NCBI GenBank assembly: GCA_963719515.1
Contig: CAVRCJ010000003.1
Location: 704,001-768,000, forward strand
Reading direction: 5' to 3'
From: an uncultured cyanobacterium
GTDB taxonomy: Bacteria; Cyanobacteriota; Cyanobacteriia; CAKZMO01
Length of the DNA stretch: 64,000 bases
The notes below the pieces were generated by a model. It searched no databases. It had not been told where the DNA came from and saw only the letters and a program-made list of their open reading frames with translations. Below are positions 1 to 10,163 of this stretch, in pieces. The position numbers were made by a program, and so were the translations under genes. Numbering within the stretch: the first letter of the stretch is position 1; each line of letters starts with the position of its first letter.

Positions 1-352
1 GGGTCTCAGTCATGGACTGCCAGCAGTGGCCTTCAGCAGCGGCCAGTAGAGACGGGCGGCGCAGCTGCTCTAGGGCGTTGATGCAGGAGGGGCAATCGCA
101 GCCGAACAGCAGCACGGCGGCATCGCTGGCGGCGGCGGAGAAATCTAGGGTCATGACGTCACCGCCAGACTTTTGAGCCGCTGACGCTGGGGCCGCTTTT
201 TCGTCCGGGACGCTGCAGCTGGCGACTGAGGTGGTGGGGCGGACGGAATGCTTGGCGGGACGGACGCCGCCTGCTGAAGCGGCTAGGGGAAAGCTCAGCG
301 CTCCGAGCAGGGTGGGCAGGCAAAAAAGCGTTAGCAAAAATCGGGTAGACAT
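1..352 (-). CDS. Secreted hypothetical protein with FGCDCPSC motif (runs off the left edge)
   Basis: Manual translation from ATG 352: MSTRFLLTLFCLPTLLGALSFPLAASA...TLDFSAAASDAAVLLFGCDCPSCINALEQLR..., open to position 1; not in the ORF track. Confidence 0.7.
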   Translation of the reverse strand, partial: MSTRFLLTLFCLPTLLGALSFPLAASAGGVRPAKHSVRPTTSVASCSVPDEKAAPASAAQKSGGDVMTLDFSAAASDAAVLLFGCDCPSCINALEQLRRPSLLAAAEGHCWQSMTET

Positions 353-433
353 GGCACAAGTGTCCTTTAAGAGCTGAGGGCGTACAGGGCTTGCATTACT
401 GCTTGTCTTAATCGTGCCAGTGTAGCATCCGCT

Positions 434-1141
434 TTAGGGCGCTGGAGGGGCAGCTTCTAAATCGGTCTCATCGACTAAGGGCTCTACGGCTTCAGCGTCG
501 TCTTCAGAAGGGCTTTCGGGGGATGATTCTGGGGACGCTTCAGAATCGGGCACCGCCCGCCAGTCTTCTAGCGGGCGGTTCACGGCTGTGTCGAAGTTGG
601 TTGAGACGAGGTGCACCAGCTCGCTGTCAAGCCGAGCGCCAGAATCTTCAGCACTAGCCGCCTCACCAGCCTCGTCGCCAGCCTCCTCAATGCCCGCCTG
701 CGGGTCCACCAAAGCATAGATAAACTGGTTGCTGAAATTGTAGTCTCCCAACGTCAGCCGGTGGGTCTGCTCTTCGTCCAGCGTAATATCAACCGTCGCT
801 AGGGGAGCGTCGAACCCGAAGTCTGCCGCTTCTGAGTCGCCCAGAGGCAACCGGCGACTGCTCTCCTCCGTCACCAGCGCATTTAGCAGATATACCACTG
901 AGGCTTCACTGGCCGGACCCTGCTCCGGCTGCACCATCTGCCAGCTCCCATCTTGCCGCTCGAAGGCCAGGGTCTGCGCATCGGTGGCGATCGCCACTGC
1001 CTGTACGTCATCCTCTTCAAAACTGAACAGCGGCTGCGGGCTGTCGTCCGACTGGTCGGGACGCCGTTCAATCAGGAGGGCGGCAAGGCCCAGCACCACG
1101 GCGATCGCCACTAAAGCCAAGGTAGATCGGGTCAGTTTCAT
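434..1141 (-). CDS. DUF4340-like protein with N-terminal membrane anchor
   Basis: Hydrophobic N-terminus; WQMVQP...A and ADFGFDAP patterns; acidic tail. Confidence 0.65.
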   Translation of the reverse strand: MKLTRSTLALVAIAVVLGLAALLIERRPDQSDDSPQPLFSFEEDDVQAVAIATDAQTLAFERQDGSWQMVQPEQGPASEASVVYLLNALVTEESSRRLPLGDSEAADFGFDAPLATVDITLDEEQTHRLTLGDYNFSNQFIYALVDPQAGIEEAGDEAGEAASAEDSGARLDSELVHLVSTNFDTAVNRPLEDWRAVPDSEASPESSPESPSEDDAEAVEPLVDETDLEAAPPAP

Positions 1142-1176
1142 AGGTCATCAAAAAAGTAATGCATCAAGCGCCAGCG

Positions 1177-2004
1177 TCATAAATAAGAGCACCAGTCGCT
1201 CCAGCTCCCGGCATAGAGCTTACCGGGTGGTATCTCCGCTAGCGCTAGAGACAGCAGGTTGACGCAGGCCGTGACGCCAGACCCACAGTACACCACAATC
1301 TCCTCCACATCGCCCAATTCCCGCCAGCGGTCGCGCTGCTCCTGGGGCGATCGCCCGTAGCCTTGCTCATCGGTCACCTCCTGCCAAAACCGGTTCACCG
1401 CCCCCGGAATATGCCCCGCCACCGGGTCGATGGGTTCCCGCTCGCCTCGGTAGCGATCGCCGCTGCGGGAGTCTACCAGTACGATGTTCTTTAGATTCTG
1501 GCGAGACTCTACACCCGCTTTATCGACCACCCAGTTCTCTCTAACCTGAGGCGTGAAGGTTTGAGATCTCGGCGCTGGCGATTCGGTCTCTATGGGATAG
1601 CCCTGGTCTTGCCAGCCCTGAAACCCACCGTCTAAAACAGCGACGCCATCGTGCCCTAGGTAGCGCAGCAGCCACCACAGCCGCGCCGCAAAGGCAAAGC
1701 GAGAGTTGTCGTAGGCGACCACGGTCGTTTGGGGGCCGATGCCGCTGGCTTCCAAGGTCTCTACAAATTTTTCTATATCGGGCAGCGGGTGCCTGCCGCC
1801 GCGCCCCGACGGCTGAACCGGCCCGGACAGATTGCGGCTGAGGTGAAAGTAGACGGCTCCGGGAATGTGGCCCGACTCGTAGGCAGCCTGTCCAGCCTCT
1901 GGCTCCATCAGCGAGAAGCGACAGTCAACCACCACCAGATCAGGTTGACCAAGTCGGGCCTGGAGCCAGTCGATAGACACAAGCGGGGATGGGGGTAGGT
2001 CCAT
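1177..2004 (-). CDS. Sulfurtransferase (tandem rhodanese, SseA/MST-like)
   Basis: GHIPGA twice, GRHPLP, active-site VYCGSGVTAC, LYAGSWSDW; likely start ATG 2004. Confidence 0.9.
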   Translation of the reverse strand: MDLPPSPLVSIDWLQARLGQPDLVVVDCRFSLMEPEAGQAAYESGHIPGAVYFHLSRNLSGPVQPSGRGGRHPLPDIEKFVETLEASGIGPQTTVVAYDNSRFAFAARLWWLLRYLGHDGVAVLDGGFQGWQDQGYPIETESPAPRSQTFTPQVRENWVVDKAGVESRQNLKNIVLVDSRSGDRYRGEREPIDPVAGHIPGAVNRFWQEVTDEQGYGRSPQEQRDRWRELGDVEEIVVYCGSGVTACVNLLSLALAEIPPGKLYAGSWSDWCSYL

Positions 2005-2051
2005 TGCGGCGGGGTGACGTGACGGTATCAAGATATCCTCAAAAGGGTCTT

Positions 2052-2158
2052 GTATGGCAAATGTCCCAATGCATTGGGACATTTGCGCGTTCAGTTGCCT
2101 ATACAGCGTTAGGCTTTTAGCCGATTCTGGTGTCCTAAGCAGCTGAACCAATGCAATA
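2052..2158. repeat. 107-bp structured dispersed repeat, copy 1
   Basis: Palindrome GCAAATGTCCCAAT-GC-ATTGGGACATTTGC; about 12 differences from 3103-3209. Confidence 0.9.
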
Positions 2159-2184
2159 AGACTATTTTTGATCGCTGGCTCGAC

Positions 2185-3039
2185 ATGATGCTACCCTTCA
2201 CGCCCCAACCCACGGCAGACGGCTCCTTCACCTTTTTCTCTGAAGAGTTTGGAGAGGCGTTTCATAGCCTGCAGGGGGCGCGGCTGGAGGCCGAGCAAAA
2301 GTTCGTGGTGCCCACAAAAATCGGTGAAAAAGCGGCTCAGGGGCAGGTCCGGCTGCTAGACGTTTGCTACGGTCTGGGCTACAACACCGCTGCCGCTCTG
2401 CAAGCCATCTGGCAGGCTAACCCCGCTTGCCGCGTAGAATTTATAGGTCTAGAGCGATCGCCCGCCGTCCCCCAAGCGGCGATCGCCCATGGGCTACTGT
2501 CAGGGTGGGATGGGCCTGTCTCTAAGCTATTGATTCAGCTCGCGACTCAAATAGAGGTCAGCAGCGACCTGTGCCAGGGGCAGCTCCTAGTTGGAGATGC
2601 CCGCCAAACGGTCCAGCGCGTTCCGCCCGCCTGGGCCGACGCCATTTTCCTTGACCCCTTCTCCCCTCAAAGCTGCCCCATGCTTTGGACCCTGGAATTC
2701 CTTCAGCAGGTGGTGCGGTGCCTTAAGCCAGAAGGCCACCTGGCCACCTACTCCTGCGCCGCCGCCGTCCGCGCCGCGCTGCTGGCCGCTGGGCTTCATA
2801 TCGGCTCTACGCCGGGGGTGGGCCGCAAGTCGCCAGGGACCGTAGCGGCCTACGCGCCGGTGGGTCTAGCACTCTCGCTGCAAGAGCTAGAGCATCTGCA
2901 CAGCCGCGCCGCTGTTCCCTACCGAGATCCGACCTTAAATAGCCTAGAGAAGACGATTCTTCAGCAGCGTCAGGAAGAGCAGACCGCCTCTCTGCTGGAA
3001 TCCACATCGCAGTGGCGACGGCGGTGGCAGCTCGATTAG
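2185..3039 (+). CDS. MnmC-family (mnm5s2U34) tRNA methyltransferase domain protein
   Basis: TADGSFTFFSEEFGEAFHS, LLDVCYGLGYN, AIFLDPFSP...LW, TYS motifs. Confidence 0.85.
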   Translation: MMLPFTPQPTADGSFTFFSEEFGEAFHSLQGARLEAEQKFVVPTKIGEKAAQGQVRLLDVCYGLGYNTAAALQAIWQANPACRVEFIGLERSPAVPQAAIAHGLLSGWDGPVSKLLIQLATQIEVSSDLCQGQLLVGDARQTVQRVPPAWADAIFLDPFSPQSCPMLWTLEFLQQVVRCLKPEGHLATYSCAAAVRAALLAAGLHIGSTPGVGRKSPGTVAAYAPVGLALSLQELEHLHSRAAVPYRDPTLNSLEKTILQQRQEEQTASLLESTSQWRRRWQLD

Positions 3040-3102
3040 CCTCACATTTGCCCCCCCGGAGCGAGCTGATGCCGAGGTTCCTGAGAAGACGACAGTCTCA
3101 CC

Positions 3103-3209
3103 GTATAGCAAATGTCCTGATGCATTAGGACATTTGCGCGTTCAGTTGCCTACACAACGTCAGGCCTTCAGCCGATCCTGGTGTCCTGAGCAACTGAACC
3201 AATGCAATA
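3103..3209. repeat. 107-bp structured dispersed repeat, copy 2
   Basis: Same orientation as 2052-2158, with compensatory stem changes. Confidence 0.9.
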
Positions 3210-3294
3210 GACAAATTAGACCGAAAGGCGAGTGCTATTCTGAGCGTGCAGACACAAGGTGTGGCTGCAGGCCCCCGCTACTGAGCTTGAATAG

Positions 3295-4869
3295 ATGAGT
3301 GACAAGGAAACGAGCGACAACGAGCAGATCTCCCTCCGAGTTTTTGGGCTTTTGATCTGCGTTCCCGGCGTGATGGCGATCGCTTCCATCCCTGTGGGCT
3401 GGATTTTCGGTGAGTTTTACACCACAATTCCCTTCGCCGTCACGGCGCTGGTTTCTTTGGGCGCTGGCGTCGGGCTCTACCGCTGGCTCAAGCCCTTTCA
3501 GCTCACCCACATGCGCCGTGCGGTGGTGATTGTCGCCGCCGCCTGGCTGGTGATCTGCTTTATCGCCACGATTCCCTATGTCATGGTGGCCGCCTACGTA
3601 GACCGGCTAGCGGAGAGCCCGCTGCAGGTGACTGAATTTCTCGACCCGTGGAATGCGCTGTTTGAATCCATGTCGGGATTCACCAGCGCGGGTCTTTCGG
3701 TGGCCAAAGACACCAGCATGCTCCCCCACGCCCTTCAGTGGTGGCGATCGTTTACCCAGTGGGTGGGTGGCGTAGGCATCGTGGTGCTGGTGCTGGCGGT
3801 AATGGACCCCCAGGTCAACCCCGACCGGCTCTACTCTGCTGAGGCTCGCGACGCTCAGTTCGCCTCGACCCTGCGCAGCACCGTGCGCAAAATTTGGACG
3901 ATCTACGCGGGGTTGACCGCCATCAGCATCGGGCTGTTTTTGGTTGCCGGGATGTCCCTATGGCCGGCGATTAACCACGGCATGTCCGGCATTTCAACCG
4001 GCGGGTTCACCATCACTCGGCGCGGCTTCGAGGACTACGGCACCGTTATCAAGCTGGCGGCGATGCCTGTGATGATTATGGGAGCGATCAGCTTTTCGGT
4101 CTATGCCGATGTGCTGCGCGGCAGGCTGTCTAGCCTCTGGAGCGACAGCCGCTACCGGGCGCTTTGGCTGCTGCTGGCGGTGGGGGCCGTGCTGCTGACC
4201 CTAGAAAATTACTGGGAGTTTGGCACCTGGCGCTGGGTCGACAGCGTCTTTCAGTGGATATCGGCTCTGACCACCTGCGGCTTCGCCGCCATTGACGAAG
4301 AGCGGTGGAGCAACACGGCGCGCCTGATGATGATTGTGGCGATGGTGTTTGGCGCTGTGTCTGGCTCCACAGTGGGGGGCCTAAAGCTCGACCGCGTGGT
4401 CATTCTTTGGAAGGCGGTAGTTCGGCAACTCAAGATGGTGTACAAGCCGTCGCTTACCGACTTTGAATATGCGATGGACGACGAAGTGGTAGACGAGGAG
4501 GATGCCCTGCGTCAGCTGAGGTCTGCCGCTGTCTTAGCTCTACTGTGGGTTGCCGCTATACTGCTAGGCGCGATCGCGCTCCTGCACGCAGCTGGCGCCG
4601 GGGCGCTTGTTGACGTTCTGTTTGAATCGGCTTCAGCGCTGGGCACGACGGGGCTGTCGGCAGGGGTGGTTGACGCTAGCTCTTCCTGGGCCAGCAAGCT
4701 GACGCTGATTCTGATGATGTGGGCGGGACGGCTAGAGATTATTCCGGTGATTATTCTGATGAGCTGGTTGCCTAAGCTGCTGAGCGGTGATTGGGAGCGG
4801 CCTCAACGAGGAACGAACGGGCCGCAGGCTGAAGCCGAAGCTGAGGACTCACAGCTCAAGCCCCACTAG
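3295..4869 (+). CDS. trkH: TrkH-family potassium uptake membrane protein
   Basis: FESMSGFTSAG, STGGF, SALTTCG, GSTVGGLK, FESASALGTTGLS, MWAGRLEI pore-loop motifs. Confidence 0.85.
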   Translation: MSDKETSDNEQISLRVFGLLICVPGVMAIASIPVGWIFGEFYTTIPFAVTALVSLGAGVGLYRWLKPFQLTHMRRAVVIVAAAWLVICFIATIPYVMVAAYVDRLAESPLQVTEFLDPWNALFESMSGFTSAGLSVAKDTSMLPHALQWWRSFTQWVGGVGIVVLVLAVMDPQVNPDRLYSAEARDAQFASTLRSTVRKIWTIYAGLTAISIGLFLVAGMSLWPAINHGMSGISTGGFTITRRGFEDYGTVIKLAAMPVMIMGAISFSVYADVLRGRLSSLWSDSRYRALWLLLAVGAVLLTLENYWEFGTWRWVDSVFQWISALTTCGFAAIDEERWSNTARLMMIVAMVFGAVSGSTVGGLKLDRVVILWKAVVRQLKMVYKPSLTDFEYAMDDEVVDEEDALRQLRSAAVLALLWVAAILLGAIALLHAAGAGALVDVLFESASALGTTGLSAGVVDASSSWASKLTLILMMWAGRLEIIPVIILMSWLPKLLSGDWERPQRGTNGPQAEAEAEDSQLKPH

Positions 4870-4888
4870 CAGGCCCTAGGCCACTTTG

Positions 4889-5281
4889 GTGACATCCTCC
4901 CGACGCTGACAGCAAGCTGTACAGCGCGGGCTTCCTCAGTGACTCCCAGCTATTGCCGAGACATATCCTGAGATAGGTTTATACTCCGCCTGATGCCCCA
5001 CGGCAGAGTTTTGAATTTTCATCTCCGCGAGGGAGGATACGCACTATGTGTCGCAGATACATTTGCAAACTGAGGAACGGGTGACTTGCAGCTTTCGCCT
5101 ACGGGCCCGTCACACTCTTTGCGGGGTGTATCACCTTGCTATCTCTATCATACCAACTGCTAGCCTCAGCGCTGCCCGCAACTATCCGCTGTGCATCATT
5201 TTGCGGGCGCACTTCGGCTAGCGCGACTCTCATCCCGACGCTCACCCTGACGGGTAGAGCGCGGGGCTTCCTGTCTAGTAG
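4889..5281 (-). mobile_element. Non-autonomous IS200/IS605-family element (family A, copy 1) with omegaRNA-like body
   Basis: Subterminal hairpins CCCGACGCT...AGCGCGGG at both ends; minus strand ends ...GGGAGGATGTCAC; preceded by TTTAG; near-identical copy at 30219-30610; no transposase ORF. Confidence 0.8.
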
Positions 5282-5354
5282 CTAAAGCGCAGGTTGCTGT
5301 GATCCTGATATACAACTATAAAAGCAAGCATAAGTATGTATTAGGTAACGGCGA

Positions 5355-6821
5355 ATGGACTTTAAGGGAATTGATATTGCACAGGCAGACTGGAGCGGCG
5401 ACTGCCTAGCCGTTGGGCTATTTGAAGGGCAAGATATTGCCGCAGACTTCACGGCCCTCGATCAGGCGATCGCCGGGACGCTGTCAGAGCTGGTGACGGA
5501 AGCTGAATTTACCGGCAAGGCGGGTAGCCTAGCGATCGCCCGCGTAGGGGGGGGCAGCGCCATCCGCAAGGTGGCGGCGATTGGCCTTGGGGCTAAGGGT
5601 GAGTTGACCCTGGAGATTCTGCGCCGCGCCGCCGCCGCCGCCGCCCGCACCGCCCACAAAGAAAAGTGCGCCAAGCTAGGGCTGAACTTTCCGCTGTGGA
5701 AGCAGGACAAGTCGCTGACCGCCCAGGCCCTAGTGGAAGGCGTAGAGCTAGCTTCCCATCAAGACACCCGCTTTAAGTCTGAAGAGGATAAAGCCGCCCA
5801 TCCCCAAACCGTAGAGCTGCTGGGGCTGGCGGGCCAGGAGACAGACATTGAGCGATCGCTGCAGGTGGTGGCCGGCGTAATTTTGGCCCGGGAGCTGGTG
5901 GCCGCCCCCGCCAACATCGTCACCCCCCTCACCCTGGCGGAGACGGCTTCGGCCCTAGCCCAGACCTACGACCTAGAGCTGGAGATTCTAGAGCAGGCCG
6001 ACTGCGAAAAGCGGGGCATGGGCGCTTTCTTGGGGGTGGCCCAAGCCTCCGACATTCCCCCCAAGTTTATCCACCTCACCTACCGCCCCGACGGCACCCC
6101 CCGCCGCAAGCTGGCCATCATCGGCAAAGGCCTTACCTTTGACAGCGGCGGCCTCAACCTGAAGCCCTCCGGCAGCGGCATCGAAATGATGAAAACCGAC
6201 ATGGGAGGCGCGGGGGCCACCTTTGGGGCAGCAAAGGCGATCGCCCAGATTAAGCCGGACGTTGAAGTGCATTTCATCTGCGCGGCCACAGAGAATATGG
6301 TCAGCGGGCGGGCGATGCACCCCGGCGACATTCTCACGGCCTCTAACGGCAAAACCATTGAGGTCAACAACACCGATGCCGAAGGCCGCCTTACCCTGGC
6401 CGATGCCCTCGTCTTTGCCGACCAGCTTGAGGTGGACGCTGTGGTAGATCTTGCCACCCTCACCGGGGCCTGCATCGTTGCCCTGGGGAACAAAATGTCT
6501 GGGCTGTGGACCGAGGAGGAAGCCTTAGCCAACCAGATCATGCAGGCCGCCGAACTTTCCGGGGAGAAATTTTGGCGCATGCCCATGGAAGAGACCTACT
6601 TCGAGGGTATGAAGTCCGTCGTAGCCGACATGAAAAATACCGGACCTCGCGCCGGAGGAGCCATTACGGCGGCGCTGTTCTTGAAGCAGTTCGTTAAAAC
6701 GACGCCCTGGGCTCACCTTGATGTGGCGGGTCCGGTGTGGACCGATAAGCCGGACGGCTACAACAGCCCTGGCGCTACAGGATTTCCAGTGAGAACGCTG
6801 GTGAACTGGGTGTTGTCGTAA
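5355..6821 (+). CDS. pepA: Leucyl aminopeptidase (M17)
   Basis: [34 protein letters not shown]. Confidence 0.95.
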   Translation: MDFKGIDIAQADWSGDCLAVGLFEGQDIAADFTALDQAIAGTLSELVTEAEFTGKAGSLAIARVGGGSAIRKVAAIGLGAKGELTLEILRRAAAAAARTAHKEKCAKLGLNFPLWKQDKSLTAQALVEGVELASHQDTRFKSEEDKAAHPQTVELLGLAGQETDIERSLQVVAGVILARELVAAPANIVTPLTLAETASALAQTYDLELEILEQADCEKRGMGAFLGVAQASDIPPKFIHLTYRPDGTPRRKLAIIGKGLTFDSGGLNLKPSGSGIEMMKTDMGGAGATFGAAKAIAQIKPDVEVHFICAATENMVSGRAMHPGDILTASNGKTIEVNNTDAEGRLTLADALVFADQLEVDAVVDLATLTGACIVALGNKMSGLWTEEEALANQIMQAAELSGEKFWRMPMEETYFEGMKSVVADMKNTGPRAGGAITAALFLKQFVKTTPWAHLDVAGPVWTDKPDGYNSPGATGFPVRTLVNWVLS

Positions 6822-6945
6822 GACGTAAGATGTTCTGCTCAGCACTCAGTCTTTTTGAGGATATTGTGCCCAATGGGTTGGCACTGCCCGATAGCCTATG
6901 TTAACTTTAGCTAAGAAGCTTGACATTAATAAGGTTGAATGCACC

Positions 6946-7089
6946 ATGGAAACACAAGACAACAAATTTGGGTTCACTAACTTCGCTGAGCGCTGGAACG
7001 GTCGCCTAGCTATGCTGGGTTTCGTTATCGGCGTCGCCGTTGAGTATGCTACTGGACATGGCATCCTTGAGCAAATTGGCCTGATGTAG
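6946..7089 (+). CDS. hli: High-light-inducible protein (HLIP/SCP)
   Basis: FGFTNFAERWNGRLAMLGF chlorophyll-binding motif; ATG 6946. Confidence 0.92.
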   Translation: METQDNKFGFTNFAERWNGRLAMLGFVIGVAVEYATGHGILEQIGLM

Positions 7090-7155
7090 ATCGCCTTTTT
7101 GCCCTCGGCGGCTAGAGTTAATGAAATAGGTCAGTTTCTATCGAGACTGAGTTAT

Positions 7156-7181
7156 GGGGATGCGCAAGGCGTCCCCTTTTT
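7156..7181 (+). terminator. Rho-independent terminator
   Basis: GGGGATGC-gcaag-GCGTCCCC followed by TTTTT downstream of hli. Confidence 0.7.
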
Positions 7182-7229
7182 GCTGTCTAGATTCAGCTCG
7201 CCAGCGCTCACTTGAGACTGAGTCGAGGT

Positions 7230-8060
7230 TCAATACCTGTCGGGCATTATGGCCCCAGTCAAGTTGGTGTTTAGCAGATTAGCCTGATATAGATTGGCGC
7301 TGATGAGGATGGCCTCTGTCAAGTTCGCATCACTCAGATTCGACCAGCTCAAATCGGCCTTATACAAGCTCGCTTTGGTTAGATTGACGCCTCGAAGCGA
7401 TGTCCAGCTCACCAACGCGTTACGGATGTCGGCTTCGACTAAAGAGGCATTTTGTAAGTTGGCACCAATAAGCTTGGCGTGGCTGAGGTTGGCCCTGTTG
7501 AGGTGAGCGTCTTCTAGGTTGACCCCATGCAGAATAGCATTCGTCAAGTTGGCGTTGTCTAGACGAGTCTGATTCAGCAAGCATCCGGTGAGCACCGCCG
7601 ACTCGAGGTTGGCCCACGACAGGTCTGCTCGGGAGAGCTTGGAGCGATTCAGGTTCGCCTCTTTGAGGTTCGCCTTACCGAGCTTCGTTTGACCCAGCAG
7701 CGCCTCACTCAGGTTGCACCGAGACAGGTTGGCATGCTCTAAGTCTGTGCGGTTGAGGTTGACGGCCCGTAGCCCCGCGCCTGCGAGCTGTGCGCCTCTC
7801 AAGGACGCTGACGACAGCTTCGCCCCAATTAAGTTGGCATTGGTCAAAACGGTGCGCTCTAAGGTCGCGTCTTGAAGGTTAGCCTCCCGCAGGTTGGCTC
7901 CCTTCAAATTTGCCTGACTCAAGTTGACCTGTATCAGCACGGCTCGGCGGAGGTCAACGGACTCCAAAGTCTGCCCTGAGAGATCAGCGCCGATCAGGTT
8001 GCACTCTCGAAAATCCCGTTCGCCGTCAGAGTACCGCTTTAGAAACTCATCCGCTTCCAT
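7230..8060 (-). CDS. Pentapeptide repeat protein
   Basis: YSDGERDF N-terminus then continuous A(N/D)Lxx repeats; ends GAIMPD. Confidence 0.95.
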   Translation of the reverse strand: MEADEFLKRYSDGERDFRECNLIGADLSGQTLESVDLRRAVLIQVNLSQANLKGANLREANLQDATLERTVLTNANLIGAKLSSASLRGAQLAGAGLRAVNLNRTDLEHANLSRCNLSEALLGQTKLGKANLKEANLNRSKLSRADLSWANLESAVLTGCLLNQTRLDNANLTNAILHGVNLEDAHLNRANLSHAKLIGANLQNASLVEADIRNALVSWTSLRGVNLTKASLYKADLSWSNLSDANLTEAILISANLYQANLLNTNLTGAIMPDRY

Positions 8061-8368
8061 AGTTGACTACAGCATTATGTGGACTGAAACGCTTCGCACT
8101 GAGAAACAGCGCTTGTCGGTTGGTCTGGGTCCTCGAACGACAGGCAGCTATTAGCAAGGCGCACTTCTCTATCCTTCCCAAGGCTTATTGCCTGAGTCTG
8201 CCCTTAGCCAGATGGGTGCCGCTGACAACCTCTTCACACTAAGTAAAGTCATGCCGTGGCACTCATCTCGTTTCAAGATTGAGGCTTTCTTGTAAAAACC
8301 CACAGTTCCTAAACCAATTTTGGTTGAGAAGAGCCTAGTTAGTAATAGCACACCCCTGGAAAATCCCA

Positions 8369-9952
8369 ATGAAGAAGCAGACCGTAGCACATACAAGCGA
8401 CCTGGAATCGGGAATGATTACCGTTAAAGCGGGAGGAACCTCCATCTTGCTGACCCGGGTTGACGGCAATATTTATGCTACTGGGGCTAAATGTACCCAC
8501 AACGGAGCCTCTTTGTCGCAGGGGGCGCTGTGTGGCAGTCGCGTTGTTTGTCCGTGGCATAATGCTAGCTTCGATGTGACGACGGGAAACCAGCTTTGCC
8601 CACCGGGGCTCGACAGTTTGCCTAGCTACCCCGTTACCCTTGAGGGCGATCGCATCGTGGTGGAGCTGCCAGATGAGCCGCAGGCGTCGCGAACGCCTGA
8701 GATGGCCAGCCATCGCCCCGAAGCCGACGATCGCACCTTTGCGATTTTGGGGGCGGGCGCTGCGGGCACGAATGCTGCGGAGACCCTAAGGGCAGAGGGG
8801 TTTGAGGGCCGGCTGGTGATGATTACCGCTGAGGAGGAGCTGCCCTACGATCGCACCATGCTCAGCAAAAAGTATCTGGCCGGGGGGGCCGAAGAAGATG
8901 CCCTCTCGCTGCGATCGCCGGAATTTTACCAAGCCCATGACATTGAGCTGAAGGCAGGGTCGCGGGTCATCGCCGTCGACGCCGTTGCTCGCACCCTCAC
9001 CTTCGAGGGCGGCACCACCCTCAGCTACGACGCCCTGCTGCTGGCCACGGGCGGCACCGCCAAAAGGCCCCCCATTGACGGCGCAGACTTGGGCGGTGTC
9101 TTCAAGCTGCACAACCACCAGCAGGCGACAGCGATTCTTGAAGCGGCTCAAAATGCGAAGCAGGCGGTAGTGGTAGGCGGCAGCTTTATCGGCATGGAAA
9201 CCGCCGCTAGCTTGACGAAGCAGGGCGTGGCGGTGACGGTGATTACGCCGGGGGCGATCCCCTTTGAGAAGCTCTTAGGCCCTGAGGTGGGGCGGCTGTT
9301 TCAGCGCGTCCACGAGGCCCAGGGCGTCACCTTTAAGCTGGGCACCAAAATGACCGAGATCCACGGCAGCGGTGCGGTGGAGGCGGTGAGCACGGGAGAC
9401 GGCGATCGCCTCCCCGCCGATTTGGTGGTGATCGGCATCGGCGTTGAGCCGACCACCGGCTACCTGACGCAGATGCAGGTGAGCCCCAAAGACAAGAGCG
9501 TTCCTGTGGACGAATACCTGCGGGCGGGCGAGGGGGTCTACGCCGCTGGAGACATCGCCACCTTCCCCGACTGGCGGCTCGGAGAAGACGTCCGCATTGA
9601 GCATTGGCAGCTCGCTGCCCAGCACGGTCGCGTCGCGGCTCGCAATATGCTGGGCGGCCAGCTGCCGTTTCGCGGGGTGCCTTTCTTTTGGACGGGGCAG
9701 TTTGACCTAAAGCTGCGCTATGTGGGCCATGCAGAGCGCTGGGATGAGGTGATTGTTGAGGGGGATGTGGAGAGTACCGACAGTCCGGAGTTCCTGGCTT
9801 TTTACCGCAGGGGCGATCGCATTTTGGCGGTGGCGGGCATCAACCGGGACAAGGACATTGCGGCGATTTCTGAGCTGATGCGGCTGGACAAGATGCCCAG
9901 CGCGGATGGGGTGCGCGGCAAGATGGACTGGCTGGCCAAGCTCAACGGCTAG
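8369..9952 (+). CDS. Rieske [2Fe-2S] plus FAD/NAD-dependent oxidoreductase fusion
   Basis: CTH...CPWH Rieske ligands; GAGAAG, PYDR, LLLATG, GGSFIG, AAGD, VPFFW. Confidence 0.9.
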   Translation: MKKQTVAHTSDLESGMITVKAGGTSILLTRVDGNIYATGAKCTHNGASLSQGALCGSRVVCPWHNASFDVTTGNQLCPPGLDSLPSYPVTLEGDRIVVELPDEPQASRTPEMASHRPEADDRTFAILGAGAAGTNAAETLRAEGFEGRLVMITAEEELPYDRTMLSKKYLAGGAEEDALSLRSPEFYQAHDIELKAGSRVIAVDAVARTLTFEGGTTLSYDALLLATGGTAKRPPIDGADLGGVFKLHNHQQATAILEAAQNAKQAVVVGGSFIGMETAASLTKQGVAVTVITPGAIPFEKLLGPEVGRLFQRVHEAQGVTFKLGTKMTEIHGSGAVEAVSTGDGDRLPADLVVIGIGVEPTTGYLTQMQVSPKDKSVPVDEYLRAGEGVYAAGDIATFPDWRLGEDVRIEHWQLAAQHGRVAARNMLGGQLPFRGVPFFWTGQFDLKLRYVGHAERWDEVIVEGDVESTDSPEFLAFYRRGDRILAVAGINRDKDIAAISELMRLDKMPSADGVRGKMDWLAKLNG

Positions 9953-10158
9953 TAGTTGACGATCATGGTGAGCGATGAACCGCCTACTCTGTTGACGGTT
10001 TGGCTCTCTGGTACTCTGACGAACCCCATGCGCTTGTATAGTCTCACCGCTGGATTGTCTGCCCGGACGCTGAGACTTACCCCTGGAAACCGTTCAATCA
10101 GAGGCAGTGCTATCGTGGGGAGCAAAAGCGCAAAAGCGGTTCTAGCTCGATTTATCAC
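9949..10158 (-). pseudogene. C-terminal remnant of a GNAT acetyltransferase
   Basis: VSLSVRADNPAVRLYKRMGF motif present without the N-terminal half. Confidence 0.6.
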
Positions 10159-10163
10159 AGCCT

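Noticed and set aside
2005..2151. N-terminal extension of the sulfurtransferase in the ORF track
   Set aside because: It reads through the 107-bp repeat; the family-like sequence starts at ATG 2004.
6895..6940. HLR1 (RpaB) site upstream of hli
   Set aside because: Only a weak match to the TTACA direct-repeat consensus.
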